64,000 bases of DNA from contig CAYFXC010000001.1 in assembly GCA_964347045.1 (NCBI GenBank), positions 32,001 to 96,000 on the forward strand. Reading direction: 5' to 3'. The DNA is from an uncultured archaeon (lineage in GTDB: Archaea; Asgardarchaeota; Hermodarchaeia; Hermodarchaeales; Hermodarchaeaceae). The translations under genes and the position numbers were made by a program. Within the stretch, counting starts at the first letter, position 1, and every line of letters starts with the position of its first letter. This document shows, one piece after another, positions 29,983 through 40,438 of the stretch. The notes below the pieces were generated by a model that was not told where the DNA came from, made no database searches, and saw only the letters and a program-made list of their open reading frames with translations.

Positions 29983-30827
29983 AAATTTGCCAATACTGCC
30001 TTTACCAAAGTTTTGATTACGTCTACAGGTGATTTTTGGGTGTTATCATGAAGTTCAATCTTGGGAACTAAAGACATTATGGCGGCTTCTTCCCAGATGG
30101 AATGACCTTCACCAGGTATTTGTGTATAGAGACTAGCGATGTCGAGAGCCCCTCTGACACTGGCACCGCGTCGAATATCGGTGTAATCTCGCGTGGCACG
30201 AGTAATCGCGACTGCGATATTAACAATTTCCTCATCTTTGATTCCAGTATTCGTATGCACAATGTCTCTCTCTTGCTCTTCGGTGTGATAATCTAAATAT
30301 AGCCAAACGTAACGGTCTCGGAGTGCTTCACCCAGTGGTGTAACTCCTACACTAGCTTCCGGATTCTGCGTTGCAATGATACGGAACCCGTTTTGTGCGT
30401 TGACTGTTCCTAGTTTTGGAACATGTAAGCGGCCTTCATCCATAACAGGCAAGAGAGTGTTTTGTGTGGCTTCGGGCATGCGATTAATTTCGTTGATAAA
30501 TAGGACACCCCCATTTTCCATGGTTTCAACAAGGGGACCGGGAATGAAAGTATTTCGAGTGTAGCCATCTTTTAATACAACAGGAGGATCAAACCATCCC
30601 ACGAGCTTAGCGGAAGTATATCTTTCATCACCATCAACTCGGAAGAAAGTTCGACCTAAATAATCTGCGACCGCTGACGCAATTGTGGTCTTTCCAACTC
30701 CCACGGGACCTTCAATGAGTAAATGTTTATTGGCATTATCAGCGGCCAGACATTGGGTAATGATTTCATTTCGCCCGATGATTTTGTATTTCCGTTGAAT
30801 AGTTGTAACATCTTTGGTTAAAGACAT
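29979..30827 (-). CDS. MoxR/CoxD-family AAA+ ATPase
   Basis: GPVGVGKT, FINEINR, ATQNP, ALRDR; overlaps the vWA gene. Confidence 0.9.
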   Translation of the reverse strand: MSLTKDVTTIQRKYKIIGRNEIITQCLAADNANKHLLIEGPVGVGKTTIASAVADYLGRTFFRVDGDERYTSAKLVGWFDPPVVLKDGYTRNTFIPGPLVETMENGGVLFINEINRMPEATQNTLLPVMDEGRLHVPKLGTVNAQNGFRIIATQNPEASVGVTPLGEALRDRYVWLYLDYHTEEQERDIVHTNTGIKDEEIVNIAVAITRATRDYTDIRRGASVRGALDIASLYTQIPGEGHSIWEEAAIMSLVPKIELHDNTQKSPVDVIKTLVKAVLANF

Positions 30828-30948
30828 GCGTTTTCACCTTAATGCGTTTTAAAATCTATTTTTTGAAGTAAAGTATTTGGGTATTATCTCAAGATTCTGG
30901 AATGAAAAAGAATGTTTATTGGGCACGAAAATCATATTTTAATGTTCT

Positions 30949-31045
30949 GCGGAGTTGGCGGAGCGGTAACGCGCTGGACTCGAGATGAACCGGGTCATCC
31001 AGTGACCTTTTGGTCGCAAGGGTTCAAATCCCTTACTCCGCGCCA
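30949..31045 (+). tRNA. tRNA-Ser(CGA) with a 12-nt canonical 37/38 intron (30985-30996)
   Basis: Long variable arm, G73, BHB CTCG/CGGG, encoded CCA. Confidence 0.92.
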
Positions 31046-31056
31046 ACCTTTTTTCG

Positions 31057-32022
31057 CTATATTACAAGATCCGCGATATCAATACTAGATTCAAAGATTC
31101 GTTCCAGGTTATGAACGACACGATCATAAACTGCCAACACTGCTGTCTCCTGTTTCGCAATAACTTCAGTAATCTCAATAACAAGGGTATTAATCGTCTC
31201 TTCTAATTCTATCACACTTCGTGCACGAGCGCTATCCTGTTGCAAAACTGCTGTAATTGCTTCACGGTGAGCGAGTATTACCTTTTCACTAAATTTGGTC
31301 AGAACACGTGAAAAATGTCGGGGTGGAATAACATAATCTTTAGAAAGTACTTGTTCAGCGATACTTGAACATCCGTCAGCGATGGCCTCAACTTCTTTAG
31401 CTACAAGTCTATAATCCAGCAAATCTAATGGAGACAGTAAAAGGTCACCAATGGGTGATGCAATGGCTTTCCGAAGTTGTCGAACAACAAGGAAATAAAT
31501 TCGATCGACTTCGCGATCCCTGTCTCTTACATCTTGCGCAAGTTCTTGATCATTACGAATAAAGGCGCGAATTGCGTCTTCATGCATTTTTGCAGCAATC
31601 CCATATGTTCGTCGGAGATAGGTAATTGAATCAATGCTTCTAGGGATAAGGCATTGAAGAGTCATCTTTGATGCGTCTTCTTCCATGATTTCGACACCAA
31701 CGAGAAAATCAGCCATTCTCTTGACCTCTCGTTTTATTGCTGGAGTCATTGCCTTCCCCAAATTGATCTCTATCACATTATTACCTGCCAAATATCCGGC
31801 AAGAATTTCCCTGGCTACATTTGATGGATCTGTAATCACACTTCGTTGACGAAGAGGTTCCTCGGCTAGCCCTGGATCAATAATAAGCATGCCATCAGCT
31901 CGTTCGTGAACTAAAATCATTGACCCTTTTTTCAAACCGTTGGAGTCAACCCAATGTTTGGGTACCGATAAGAGATATGATGCACCTACACGTTGTAATT
32001 TACGAGCTTCCATATGAATCAC
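31057..32022 (-). CDS. phoU: AbrB-PhoU phosphate uptake regulator
   Basis: RKLQRVG.SY..S.PK.W, DREVDRIYFL. Confidence 0.85.
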   Translation of the reverse strand: MIHMEARKLQRVGASYLLSVPKHWVDSNGLKKGSMILVHERADGMLIIDPGLAEEPLRQRSVITDPSNVAREILAGYLAGNNVIEINLGKAMTPAIKREVKRMADFLVGVEIMEEDASKMTLQCLIPRSIDSITYLRRTYGIAAKMHEDAIRAFIRNDQELAQDVRDRDREVDRIYFLVVRQLRKAIASPIGDLLLSPLDLLDYRLVAKEVEAIADGCSSIAEQVLSKDYVIPPRHFSRVLTKFSEKVILAHREAITAVLQQDSARARSVIELEETINTLVIEITEVIAKQETAVLAVYDRVVHNLERIFESSIDIADLVI

Positions 32023-32123
32023 CTATCAGATGTCTTTACGTATTTATCTTCAAAGTTCCTTATGATATCAACCATCGAACAGTCTCATAAAGGATAGGAA
32101 CTAAATTAATTAGGCGAAATAGC

Positions 32124-33665
32124 GTGTCTACAATCGACCCCAATCTCCAAAAAGTAATTGCAAAATTAATTAAAGCAGGTTTTCAAATTAGCCCAGAAAC
32201 CTTGGCTATGCTGCAATCGGAGAAGAACCCTAACTTTATTGTTGACCGCTTCTTAGCTTCAGCTAATGTTCACCCAACCGAAACACCCATTTTGGAACCT
32301 TCACATTTTCAAACACCCAAACAAGAACAAATGAAATCAATTGAAGAAGCCAAAGATACCACCGAATCACCAATTCCACAATCAACTGGTCAAAAGAAGA
32401 TAGCTGAAGATATCAAAGCCGACATTCAAATCATTAAGGATCCTTCTCCCGAATTACAAAGTAAAGGGACTATTGATGACTTCATAAAGAACTTTCAAGA
32501 CCGTTACTTCAGACTTAGAAATATTATAGCACAACGAGTAGATGGCAGGGGAATTATCGATATTGAGTATGTTGCACAACCAAATGATTCCAAAGGTAAA
32601 GAGAGAGCTGTTAAAATCATTGGGATAATTACTAACAAGACATTAACGAAAAGTGGTAATATAGCGTTAGAAGTAGAAGATCTCACAGGTCGTATCACAG
32701 TAATTGTCCAACAACGAGATCCAAGTTTAATGAAAAAAGCAAGTATGATTATTCTCGATCAGGTTCTCATCATCGAAGGTAACCCAGTCAGCTCAGAAAT
32801 GCTCATCGCAAAAGACCTATACTTACCGGATATTCCCACAAACCGCCGAAATAACCGGGCGAAAGAAGATATCAGTGTATTACTTCTCTCGGATATCCAT
32901 TTTGGAAGCCAGCATTTCTTAGACAAAGTGTTTCAACGTGTGTTAGACTGGCTTCAAGGAAATGAAGGAGATGAAGAGCACGTTGACTTAGCAGGCTCGG
33001 TGAAATATATTGTGATAAATGGAGACCTAGTTGATGGTATTGGCGTGTATCCAAATCAATTAGCTGAAATTTCCATTTATGATCTTGATAGCCAGTATAA
33101 CGGGCTTAATAAACTTCTTCAAGAGATTCCCAAACATATTAACATCCTCATTACACCTGGAAATCATGATGCCGTTCGAGTCGCAATACCTCGCCCAGCA
33201 ATTGATGACCGTTTCTTGGCACCATTACGAGATTCAGGGTTATCAATAACATCATTGGGATGTCCCGCTCAGGTCACCTTGCATGGTGTAAATCTCATGA
33301 TTTACCATGGTGATAGCCTTCTTGATATTATGGGCGCCCTCTCAAAACCCGAAGTCGAGGCAAGTTATGCCGCAATGCGCGAGATGCTAAGAGGTCGACA
33401 TCTCGCCCCAATCTATGGCAAAAGTACTACAATAATCGCCGAACCTCGAGATTGGCTTGTTATCGACGAAGTACCAGATATTCTTCATTGTGGTCACATC
33501 CATGTGACAAGCGTGGGGAGCTATCGAAAAACCCTAATGATCAATTCCGGAACATTTCAAAGTCAAACCCAATATCAAAAATTAATTGGAATTGAACCAA
33601 CTCCTGGAATTGTTCCTTTGGTGAACCTGAAGACGTTAAACGTGAAGACTCTAAACTTCACTTAG
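32124..33665 (+). CDS. polB: DNA polymerase D small subunit DP1 (3'-5' exonuclease)
   Basis: OB fold; SDIHFGS, GDLVDGIGVYP, PGNHD, HLAP and GHIH motifs. Confidence 0.95.
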   Translation: MSTIDPNLQKVIAKLIKAGFQISPETLAMLQSEKNPNFIVDRFLASANVHPTETPILEPSHFQTPKQEQMKSIEEAKDTTESPIPQSTGQKKIAEDIKADIQIIKDPSPELQSKGTIDDFIKNFQDRYFRLRNIIAQRVDGRGIIDIEYVAQPNDSKGKERAVKIIGIITNKTLTKSGNIALEVEDLTGRITVIVQQRDPSLMKKASMIILDQVLIIEGNPVSSEMLIAKDLYLPDIPTNRRNNRAKEDISVLLLSDIHFGSQHFLDKVFQRVLDWLQGNEGDEEHVDLAGSVKYIVINGDLVDGIGVYPNQLAEISIYDLDSQYNGLNKLLQEIPKHINILITPGNHDAVRVAIPRPAIDDRFLAPLRDSGLSITSLGCPAQVTLHGVNLMIYHGDSLLDIMGALSKPEVEASYAAMREMLRGRHLAPIYGKSTTIIAEPRDWLVIDEVPDILHCGHIHVTSVGSYRKTLMINSGTFQSQTQYQKLIGIEPTPGIVPLVNLKTLNVKTLNFT

Positions 33666-34237
33666 GTTTGAACAAATTCCCACGAATCCTTTTGTAATGA
33701 TTGGAGAATACGAAGCGCTTCATCCTTCTCAAGTAGTAATAACAACTTTGCTACATGTTTACATAGTCTGTGAAGAACACTCACTCTTTGCCAATCAGGA
33801 CAATCATGAGAAATGTGTTTACGTTCTTCATCTAATTCGAGATTATATTTACGAGACCCATGAACTGTAGCCTGAATTTTTAATGGAGCACGAGAAATTC
33901 GTTTGAATTCAATTACTTTATCATCCATACCTACTGCTCGGGAAAGACGAGAAGAGCTCACAAAGAGTCGAAGCTGCTCTCCTAGATTCGAAGAAGTCGG
34001 ATGCATTGGTTCAGGTTCGAGAGCCACTTCCTGGGGTTGTAAAACCATTTCATCCGTTATTTCCAGTTTACCCTTTGCGTGAAGATCTTGAATAATCTTC
34101 ATTACCTGAGAAGGAGGAAGTTGTCGTAAATCAAAGGAGATAAAAAAAATCAATTGTTGCACCGGAAGCTTTGTTTTTCCTAAAGCCCTAAATGCATAAT
34201 TAATCAATTGAAGAGGAGTTCGTGGCACGGTAAACAT
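33662..34237 (-). CDS. DUF2240-like N-terminus plus SWIM zinc finger
   Basis: FFISFDLR..PP; HDCPDW...LCKH. Confidence 0.7.
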   Translation of the reverse strand: MFTVPRTPLQLINYAFRALGKTKLPVQQLIFFISFDLRQLPPSQVMKIIQDLHAKGKLEITDEMVLQPQEVALEPEPMHPTSSNLGEQLRLFVSSSRLSRAVGMDDKVIEFKRISRAPLKIQATVHGSRKYNLELDEERKHISHDCPDWQRVSVLHRLCKHVAKLLLLLEKDEALRILQSLQKDSWEFVQT

Positions 34238-34260
34238 AGAATTGGCTCCTTCAGGAACTG

Positions 34261-35496
34261 TTATTTATTCAAGGTTTTGGGCACATAACTTGAAAGTGTC
34301 TTTATCCGACTATCGCGCTCTAACACATCTGCGACCATCGTCTTTGGCACGCTTAGTCGGATATTCTTTGTACGCCCATACCTTCCTTTACTGACTACTT
34401 TGGCATTAACAAGACCAATCGCATCTAAATCATTAATGAGATCACTCACTCGTCGTTGAGTAAGAGGATCCATGCCTAGTTGAGTGCAAAGGTCTCCATA
34501 AACGTCTTGGACTTCCCCGGTTACCGGATGAGGATGTTTATGCCGTTCTAACAGGTATACCGCATAGAGAACTAATTTTTGTTGAACAGGTAGAGTACGT
34601 AACACTTCGAGAACCGTATCACGTTCAATACTTAATCGCGCTTTTTCTACATGCTCCACCATAATCTCGTTACTGCCCTCACGTTCAGCGATCTCTACTG
34701 CAACTCGTAAAAGATCAAGGGCACGCCGCGCATCGCCTTCTTCTCTTGCTGCTAGTGCTGCGCAAAGGTTAATCACTCCTGGCTCTTCTAAAATACCTTC
34801 TTTTAAACCCATTGAGCTTCGACGACGCAAGATATCCTGCAGTTGCAAAGCTGTATATGGATGAAATATCACCTTTTCTTCACTCAAACTACTTAGCACT
34901 CGAGGATCAAGATACTCAGGGAACCGCAGATCGTTGGAGATACCAATCAAACTTACACTCGCCTTAGATAGTTCATAATTTATACGGGTAAGTTTGTAGA
35001 GCGTATCGTCACCACTTTTTAGAACAAGTCTGTCGATTTCATCCAATACAATAATCGTTAACAAGTCTTGGCTTTCTAATAATTCGATGAGTCTAGAATG
35101 TACTTCGTCTGTTGGAAGGCCTGTAAAAGGTACTTTTTGTCCTAACTCTGCACAAATTCGAGCGAGTACTCGATAATCGGTGTCGACATTGCGACAATTC
35201 AGATAAACTGCTTTGAAGGGTAACTGGAGTTCTCCAAATTTTGTTGCTAGTTCTCGTAGTACATATCGAGTCACAGCTGTTTTTCCTGTTCCAGGTTTTC
35301 CATATACAAATACGTTGGATGGTCGGCTCCCTTTCAACCCTGTAGCTAATATGCTTCCAATTTGAGTAATTTGATCATCCCGGTGAGGCAAAACATCAGG
35401 CACATAAGAATGCCAGAGCACTTTTCGATCCTCAATGAGTGTCGGACCTGCACTGAGTCGATCGAAGATTCTATCAAGTGGTCGGGGGTCGTCCAT
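34261..35496 (-). CDS. cdc6: Orc1/Cdc6 replication initiator (origin-adjacent)
   Basis: GKPGTGKT, LDEID, GDARRALDLL, wH GRYGRT. Confidence 0.96.
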   Translation of the reverse strand: MDDPRPLDRIFDRLSAGPTLIEDRKVLWHSYVPDVLPHRDDQITQIGSILATGLKGSRPSNVFVYGKPGTGKTAVTRYVLRELATKFGELQLPFKAVYLNCRNVDTDYRVLARICAELGQKVPFTGLPTDEVHSRLIELLESQDLLTIIVLDEIDRLVLKSGDDTLYKLTRINYELSKASVSLIGISNDLRFPEYLDPRVLSSLSEEKVIFHPYTALQLQDILRRRSSMGLKEGILEEPGVINLCAALAAREEGDARRALDLLRVAVEIAEREGSNEIMVEHVEKARLSIERDTVLEVLRTLPVQQKLVLYAVYLLERHKHPHPVTGEVQDVYGDLCTQLGMDPLTQRRVSDLINDLDAIGLVNAKVVSKGRYGRTKNIRLSVPKTMVADVLERDSRIKTLSSYVPKTLNK

Positions 35497-36062
35497 ATCA
35501 ATTGATCCTCCAAAGTCCCAAAGGAAATACTAGCGTTTCTTTTGGAAGTGTCTCTTTCTTCCATATTAGAGTTTCGCCAATATTAGTACTGTTCAAAGGT
35601 CTTTTTTAACTATTAACCATTAATTTGTTCACATTTGGCGCGTAAATTGATAACACTTTGAATTGAAAATAACCTAATTTTGCTTTTTTTAAAGAAATCC
35701 CCAATAATATTACTACATTATATGTTAACAAAGACTCCCCCCTTCATTTCCACTGGAGAATGATTCTAAAGGCTTATTCATGTGGAAATATTAGTTAACA
35801 TGTTAACAACACGTGAACCATCTAAAATCATGGAAAAAACCCTTGAAAGTTGAAATACAGCACGGAGAACCCTTATTTTTTGTTAATTCTTTAATAGAAC
35901 CATTATACGTACCAGACTCTAATAGATGAACATCAGAGCGCATTTTCATCTTCACATGAAATTCAACACTGATCAGTTCACACCGTCACACTTTTATTAT
36001 TGTGAACACGCCAGACTAGTTGGGACATGGAGAGCTAAGTAGATAACAGTGGGCATGGAGCA

Positions 36063-36518
36063 ATGAAGAAACGGAAACAAAAAATCACCATCGAAGGGCT
36101 GACAATCGAAGGCAAATCTTGTGACATTACCATTACGTTCAATGAAGGTCTCCCCTCTTCAATAACCGAATCCATTGCAACCGCATTACAAGCAACAGAC
36201 GAACAGACAAAAGCAGTTGAAGGCCTTCCCGAAACCGCTGAAATACCAGACTATGAATCTTGGACAGTCCGGCAGAAAGTTCGTTACATCGTTCTTCGCA
36301 ATTGTCGTCACGGCTGGTTCACCTCAAGAGATATTCAGGAACTTTATGAGCGCACCTTTCACCCACCCATACCCTTGGCCACTGCCTCAACCTACCTTGC
36401 ACGCATGCACAAGGAAGGCAGTTTGACAAGAAGAGGATCTGCTGCTCAACGTGAATATCGTGTCAACATTGAAGATCTTACTGATGAGATTGCTGCAATT
36501 CTAGCAAATAAGACATAG
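36063..36518 (+). CDS. Winged-helix protein inside the origin region, divergent from cdc6
   Basis: WFTSRDIQELY...TASTYLARM...RRG...REY. Confidence 0.75.
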   Translation: MKKRKQKITIEGLTIEGKSCDITITFNEGLPSSITESIATALQATDEQTKAVEGLPETAEIPDYESWTVRQKVRYIVLRNCRHGWFTSRDIQELYERTFHPPIPLATASTYLARMHKEGSLTRRGSAAQREYRVNIEDLTDEIAAILANKT

Positions 36519-36882
36519 TGACCAAAATTTTTGATCTACGATTTTTAATTCATAAAAATTTAGCACTATAGTAATAAACTTTTTACACTAATGTGAATTT
36601 AAAAAAAGAATTAACCTAATAGTGGTTTGATCAGATGCTGGTTACTCCCCTTCGTTTCCACTGGAACTCGAAGAACAAGAAAAGTTGGTGGTTGTTTTTT
36701 TAAGTTCGAAGAATCTTCCCCAGTTGTTTTCACACTATCTTCTATAAATAGTTTACAGTCTCTCAATAGCGTATTTTAGTGTTCTAGATAATGGTTTTGC
36801 GCATTTTACGTTAAGCTGAAAGGGTAACAAAATAGTCAATAAATAAGAAGTTCCAGTGGAAATAAAGGGGCTTATCTAATTA

Positions 36883-37179
36883 CTAAGCTACTAGCTGATA
36901 GTAAACAGATGGTCGTCCTCGACGGCCATTTCTTTCTACATACTTCTCTACTACTCCAGCGATCAGGAGATTCATCAAGGTATCATATACGGTTGTCCTG
37001 GGTATGCCGGTTTTAATAGTGATATCTCCACGGGTGAGAGCGCCTTCATCGCGTAAAAGACCGGTTATATGGTTTTTGACGTCTACATGTTCTGTAGGTC
37101 GCACTTGTGATGTACGAGCACGCATTTTGGTCTTCTGTGAACCACGTGATGTTTGTTGAGAAGTTCGGGTAGTAGCCAT
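36883..37179 (-). CDS. TrmB-like HTH protein
   Basis: TGIPRTTVYDTL...GRPSVYY. Confidence 0.78.
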   Translation of the reverse strand: MATTRTSQQTSRGSQKTKMRARTSQVRPTEHVDVKNHITGLLRDEGALTRGDITIKTGIPRTTVYDTLMNLLIAGVVEKYVERNGRRGRPSVYYQLVA

Positions 37180-37317
37180 AAAACCACAACTCTACGTCTA
37201 GATAAATATCGGGTATTTATATTAGTTGTGGATGATTTCCACTGGAACTTATTGAATTCAATGAAATAAATGAGTTCATTTTTTACTAAAATAAGAATCA
37301 TTTCGTTAATGAAGGCA

Positions 37318-39642
37318 TTATTGAATCTTGGATCGCGCAACCAGAGATTGACCAGCAGAGGTCCCTGCATCACCAGGAGGAATATTCCGGTGCATGAGAA
37401 ATTCTAATCCCTCCTTTTCAATTGCTAGACGAATGGTACGTGTAAGTATCTTATTATACCCTACTCCACCGGAAAATCCAATTTTAGTTATGCCATGCGA
37501 TTTTGCCGCGCCAATAGCCATAGTTGCTAGAGCTTGACCTAGACTATGATGTGCTGCTAATGCTAGATCGGGACCAGGGAATTTTGTTCTATTTTGTAAG
37601 ACTTGGTCTAACAATGCTCTTGTTATTAGTACCTGTGATTTTCCTTGTTGTTCAATCGGTATTTGTAGGCGAAGATTTGGTTGACGGGTACCCTTGTTTG
37701 CATATGATTCAAAGTGGATAGCGGGTTCTCCCTCATAGGTTCGTAGATAGGAAACTTGTAGAAGAGCTGCGAGTGAATCCAGGACTCGACCAGTGCTGGA
37801 AGTTAATGGGGTATTTATATCTTGAAAAATCTGCGTGAGTGCAATTGTAAGCTCGGTTGGTCCTTGGGGTAGTGCTGTCTTTGATTCCTTTTGAAAGAGT
37901 TTATTCAATTCTTCTTGAGAGTAATTCTTTGATAGTATACCCAGCAACATTCTGAAAGGGTATTTAGCGGCCAGATCTCCGCCAGGCATAGGATGTGGTT
38001 CCAGAAATGCTGATCGAATGTATTGACTAGCATTTCCGGTAAGAATCTCTCCACCCCAAATGGTATTATCAGGACCGTAACCAGCACCATCACAACAAAT
38101 GGCTACTATCTCTTCGTTGAGTGGAAGCTTGAAATCCGCAAGAAGGGTCGCGAGGTGTGCATGATGATGCTGTACTTGAATAAGTGGAATTTCGTGCTCC
38201 TTCGACAAATCAGCACCATACTTAGTAGTGAGAAAATCAGGGTGTAAATCACAGGCCACGGCATCAAAGGCAGAAACACGTAGTAATTGTTGTAGGTGGG
38301 CCAGACTTTCTTGGAGATAACTTAACGACTCAACGGTATCAATATCTCCAATGTGTTGCGTGAGGTAAATGCGTCTATTATGGTAAATCGCACCAGTGTT
38401 TTTCTCTAAGGCACCAAGGGATAGGATCGGTGGACCTCCCTCCGCGGTATCTATGGGTTCAGGTGTGTATCCTCTAGAACGACGGATAATCAATCCTTGG
38501 TCGAATATGGGAATTACAACGGAATCATCACATCGTTGATAGATTGTTCGATCATGAGTAAGAAAGTAGTCTGCCATCTTCATGAAACGTTCTTGAAAGG
38601 TTGAAGCGTGGATGATAGTGGGTAATCCAGAAGGATTAGCGCTAGTCATAACCAAGGCAAGATCATGGAGGTCTTCAAATAAACGAAGGTAAATGCCTGA
38701 ATAGGGAAGCAAAACGCCAATCGTATCAAGACCTGGAGCAAGACTGGGAGCCAAAGGAAATGGGTTGAGCTGGTTTAAAACTAAAATTGGACGCCGCCAT
38801 GATAACAATAGTTGTTCTGCTGTAGCATCCACAAATGCATATTCTCGTACCTTATCAAGATCTTTGGACATGATAGCCAATGGTTTATGTGGTTTTTTTC
38901 GTAATTCACGTAACCGTTGGATTTGTGAATCAAGAGTTGCTCGAACAGCAAGATGAATACCTCCTAAACCCTTGATTGCCACGATTGCCCCCTCATTCAA
39001 CAGTTTTACAACTTCGACAAAAGGATCAGCTACCTCAATTAGAGAGCCATCTTTACCGAGTAGCTTAAACTGCGGACCACAGCGGGGGCAGCAGATGGTT
39101 TGAGCATTATAACGGCGATTAATTGGATTGTAGTATTCAGAATCACAATCTTCGCAAAGGGGAAAGTCGACCATTGTGGTTCGTTCACGATCATATGGAG
39201 TGTCTGAAACCGTTGTATAGCGGGGACCACAAATAGCACAACAAGTCATTGGATATTGATAATGACGGGATTGAGGGTTATTCATATCATCAATACAATC
39301 GGTACACACAGAGATATCAGCAGGAATTACAGACCCACCCGCTTTTTGTTCATTCTTAGAAATGCGAATCTGAAAATCCGTAAATTCTTCTGTTGGGGGT
39401 CGCCAAAGCGTTTGGATACTGTCAATCACAGCTAGGTACGGCTTATCAATTTCAATGGATTCAATAAATTCAATAATTTTCTTTTTTTCCCCTTCAACAA
39501 CAATTTGAACAGCCGAATTCCCAGTGTTCAAAACATATCCAAGCAAACCACGTTTCATAGCTTGGGCATAAATAAATGGACGAAACCCAATTCCTTGCAC
39601 GACACCGACAACTCGAATTTCAGCTTGTTGGATATTCGTCAC
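37318..39642 (-). CDS. hypF: [NiFe]-hydrogenase maturation carbamoyltransferase HypF
   Basis: GVVQGIGFRPF, zinc fingers, DLHP, QHHHAH, PPGDAG; GTG start at 39642 preferred. Confidence 0.95.
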   Translation of the reverse strand: MTNIQQAEIRVVGVVQGIGFRPFIYAQAMKRGLLGYVLNTGNSAVQIVVEGEKKKIIEFIESIEIDKPYLAVIDSIQTLWRPPTEEFTDFQIRISKNEQKAGGSVIPADISVCTDCIDDMNNPQSRHYQYPMTCCAICGPRYTTVSDTPYDRERTTMVDFPLCEDCDSEYYNPINRRYNAQTICCPRCGPQFKLLGKDGSLIEVADPFVEVVKLLNEGAIVAIKGLGGIHLAVRATLDSQIQRLRELRKKPHKPLAIMSKDLDKVREYAFVDATAEQLLLSWRRPILVLNQLNPFPLAPSLAPGLDTIGVLLPYSGIYLRLFEDLHDLALVMTSANPSGLPTIIHASTFQERFMKMADYFLTHDRTIYQRCDDSVVIPIFDQGLIIRRSRGYTPEPIDTAEGGPPILSLGALEKNTGAIYHNRRIYLTQHIGDIDTVESLSYLQESLAHLQQLLRVSAFDAVACDLHPDFLTTKYGADLSKEHEIPLIQVQHHHAHLATLLADFKLPLNEEIVAICCDGAGYGPDNTIWGGEILTGNASQYIRSAFLEPHPMPGGDLAAKYPFRMLLGILSKNYSQEELNKLFQKESKTALPQGPTELTIALTQIFQDINTPLTSSTGRVLDSLAALLQVSYLRTYEGEPAIHFESYANKGTRQPNLRLQIPIEQQGKSQVLITRALLDQVLQNRTKFPGPDLALAAHHSLGQALATMAIGAAKSHGITKIGFSGGVGYNKILTRTIRLAIEKEGLEFLMHRNIPPGDAGTSAGQSLVARSKIQ

Positions 39643-39734
39643 GGTGTCATCTCCTTGCTTCATCGATTTTCGCAGAGTATTAATTCTTTTGGAGTTATTA
39701 TCTAATAGTAAATGGTATCGGTGTGTGTTTTTCT

Positions 39735-40328
39735 GTGAGTGAATTTCGTGTACCAACACCAAAGGAACTACAGGACCTACGAAAGAAGGTTGGACTTACT
39801 CAGGCTGAACTAGCGGAGCAAGTGGGTATCAGTCAATCACTTGTTGCGCGTATTGAAAAAGGCCAGGTTAATCCAAGTGTAGCTACACTCAAACGCATCC
39901 TTAGCGTTATAGAGAAGCAAACAAAAATTCATTCAAATCTTCGAGATCTAATGAAGTGGAAAACGCAATCTTCCAAGCTCAATCCGTTAATCTGGGTTAG
40001 CCCTGAAGATAAAGTAAGACGTGCAGTAATCCTCATGAGACGTCATGGAATTTCACAGCTTCCAGTGCTTAAAGGAAATAACTCGATTGGTTCTATAAGT
40101 GAAGGTACAATAATCAGGCAACTTATGACTATGGAGTCGCAGAAGGTATTTTCGCTTTCTGTCAGAGAAATCATGGAAGACCCATTTCCAACAATTGACA
40201 TACGGGAAAATGTGGATAAAGCTCTCTCAGAAATCGCTTCCGGGATTGAAGCAATCTTAGTATTCGATGAAGACAGACCCGTTGGGATAATCACAAAAAT
40301 TGACATAATTGCTTTTACAAAAATTTGA
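39735..40328 (+). CDS. XRE HTH plus CBS-pair regulator (COG3620-like)
   Basis: GLTQAELA...SQSLVARIE; GISQLPV; GIITKID. Confidence 0.88.
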   Translation: MSEFRVPTPKELQDLRKKVGLTQAELAEQVGISQSLVARIEKGQVNPSVATLKRILSVIEKQTKIHSNLRDLMKWKTQSSKLNPLIWVSPEDKVRRAVILMRRHGISQLPVLKGNNSIGSISEGTIIRQLMTMESQKVFSLSVREIMEDPFPTIDIRENVDKALSEIASGIEAILVFDEDRPVGIITKIDIIAFTKI

Positions 40329-40438
40329 AACTTAGACTAACTCAATAATTTCATTAAATTCATTATTCTAATTTAGTTTTTTATCTCCAATACAATCAAT
40401 AATTTTTTAACAGAGAAAACCCCTCTCAGAGGTTAGTC

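Larger units (their letters stand above)
35737..37248. other. Replication origin oriC with ORB elements at 35737-35758(-), 36647-36667(-), 36850-36870(+) and a mini-ORB at 37236-37248(-)
   Basis: Matches to TTCCAGTGGAAA-N3-GGGG; AT-rich DUE-like stretch between the inverted ORBs (36668-36849); upstream of cdc6. Confidence 0.9.

Noticed and set aside
39643-39762. Extended N-terminus of HypF from 39762
   Set aside because: It overlaps the divergent HTH-CBS gene; homology begins near the GTG at 39642, which has an SD-like GGAG.
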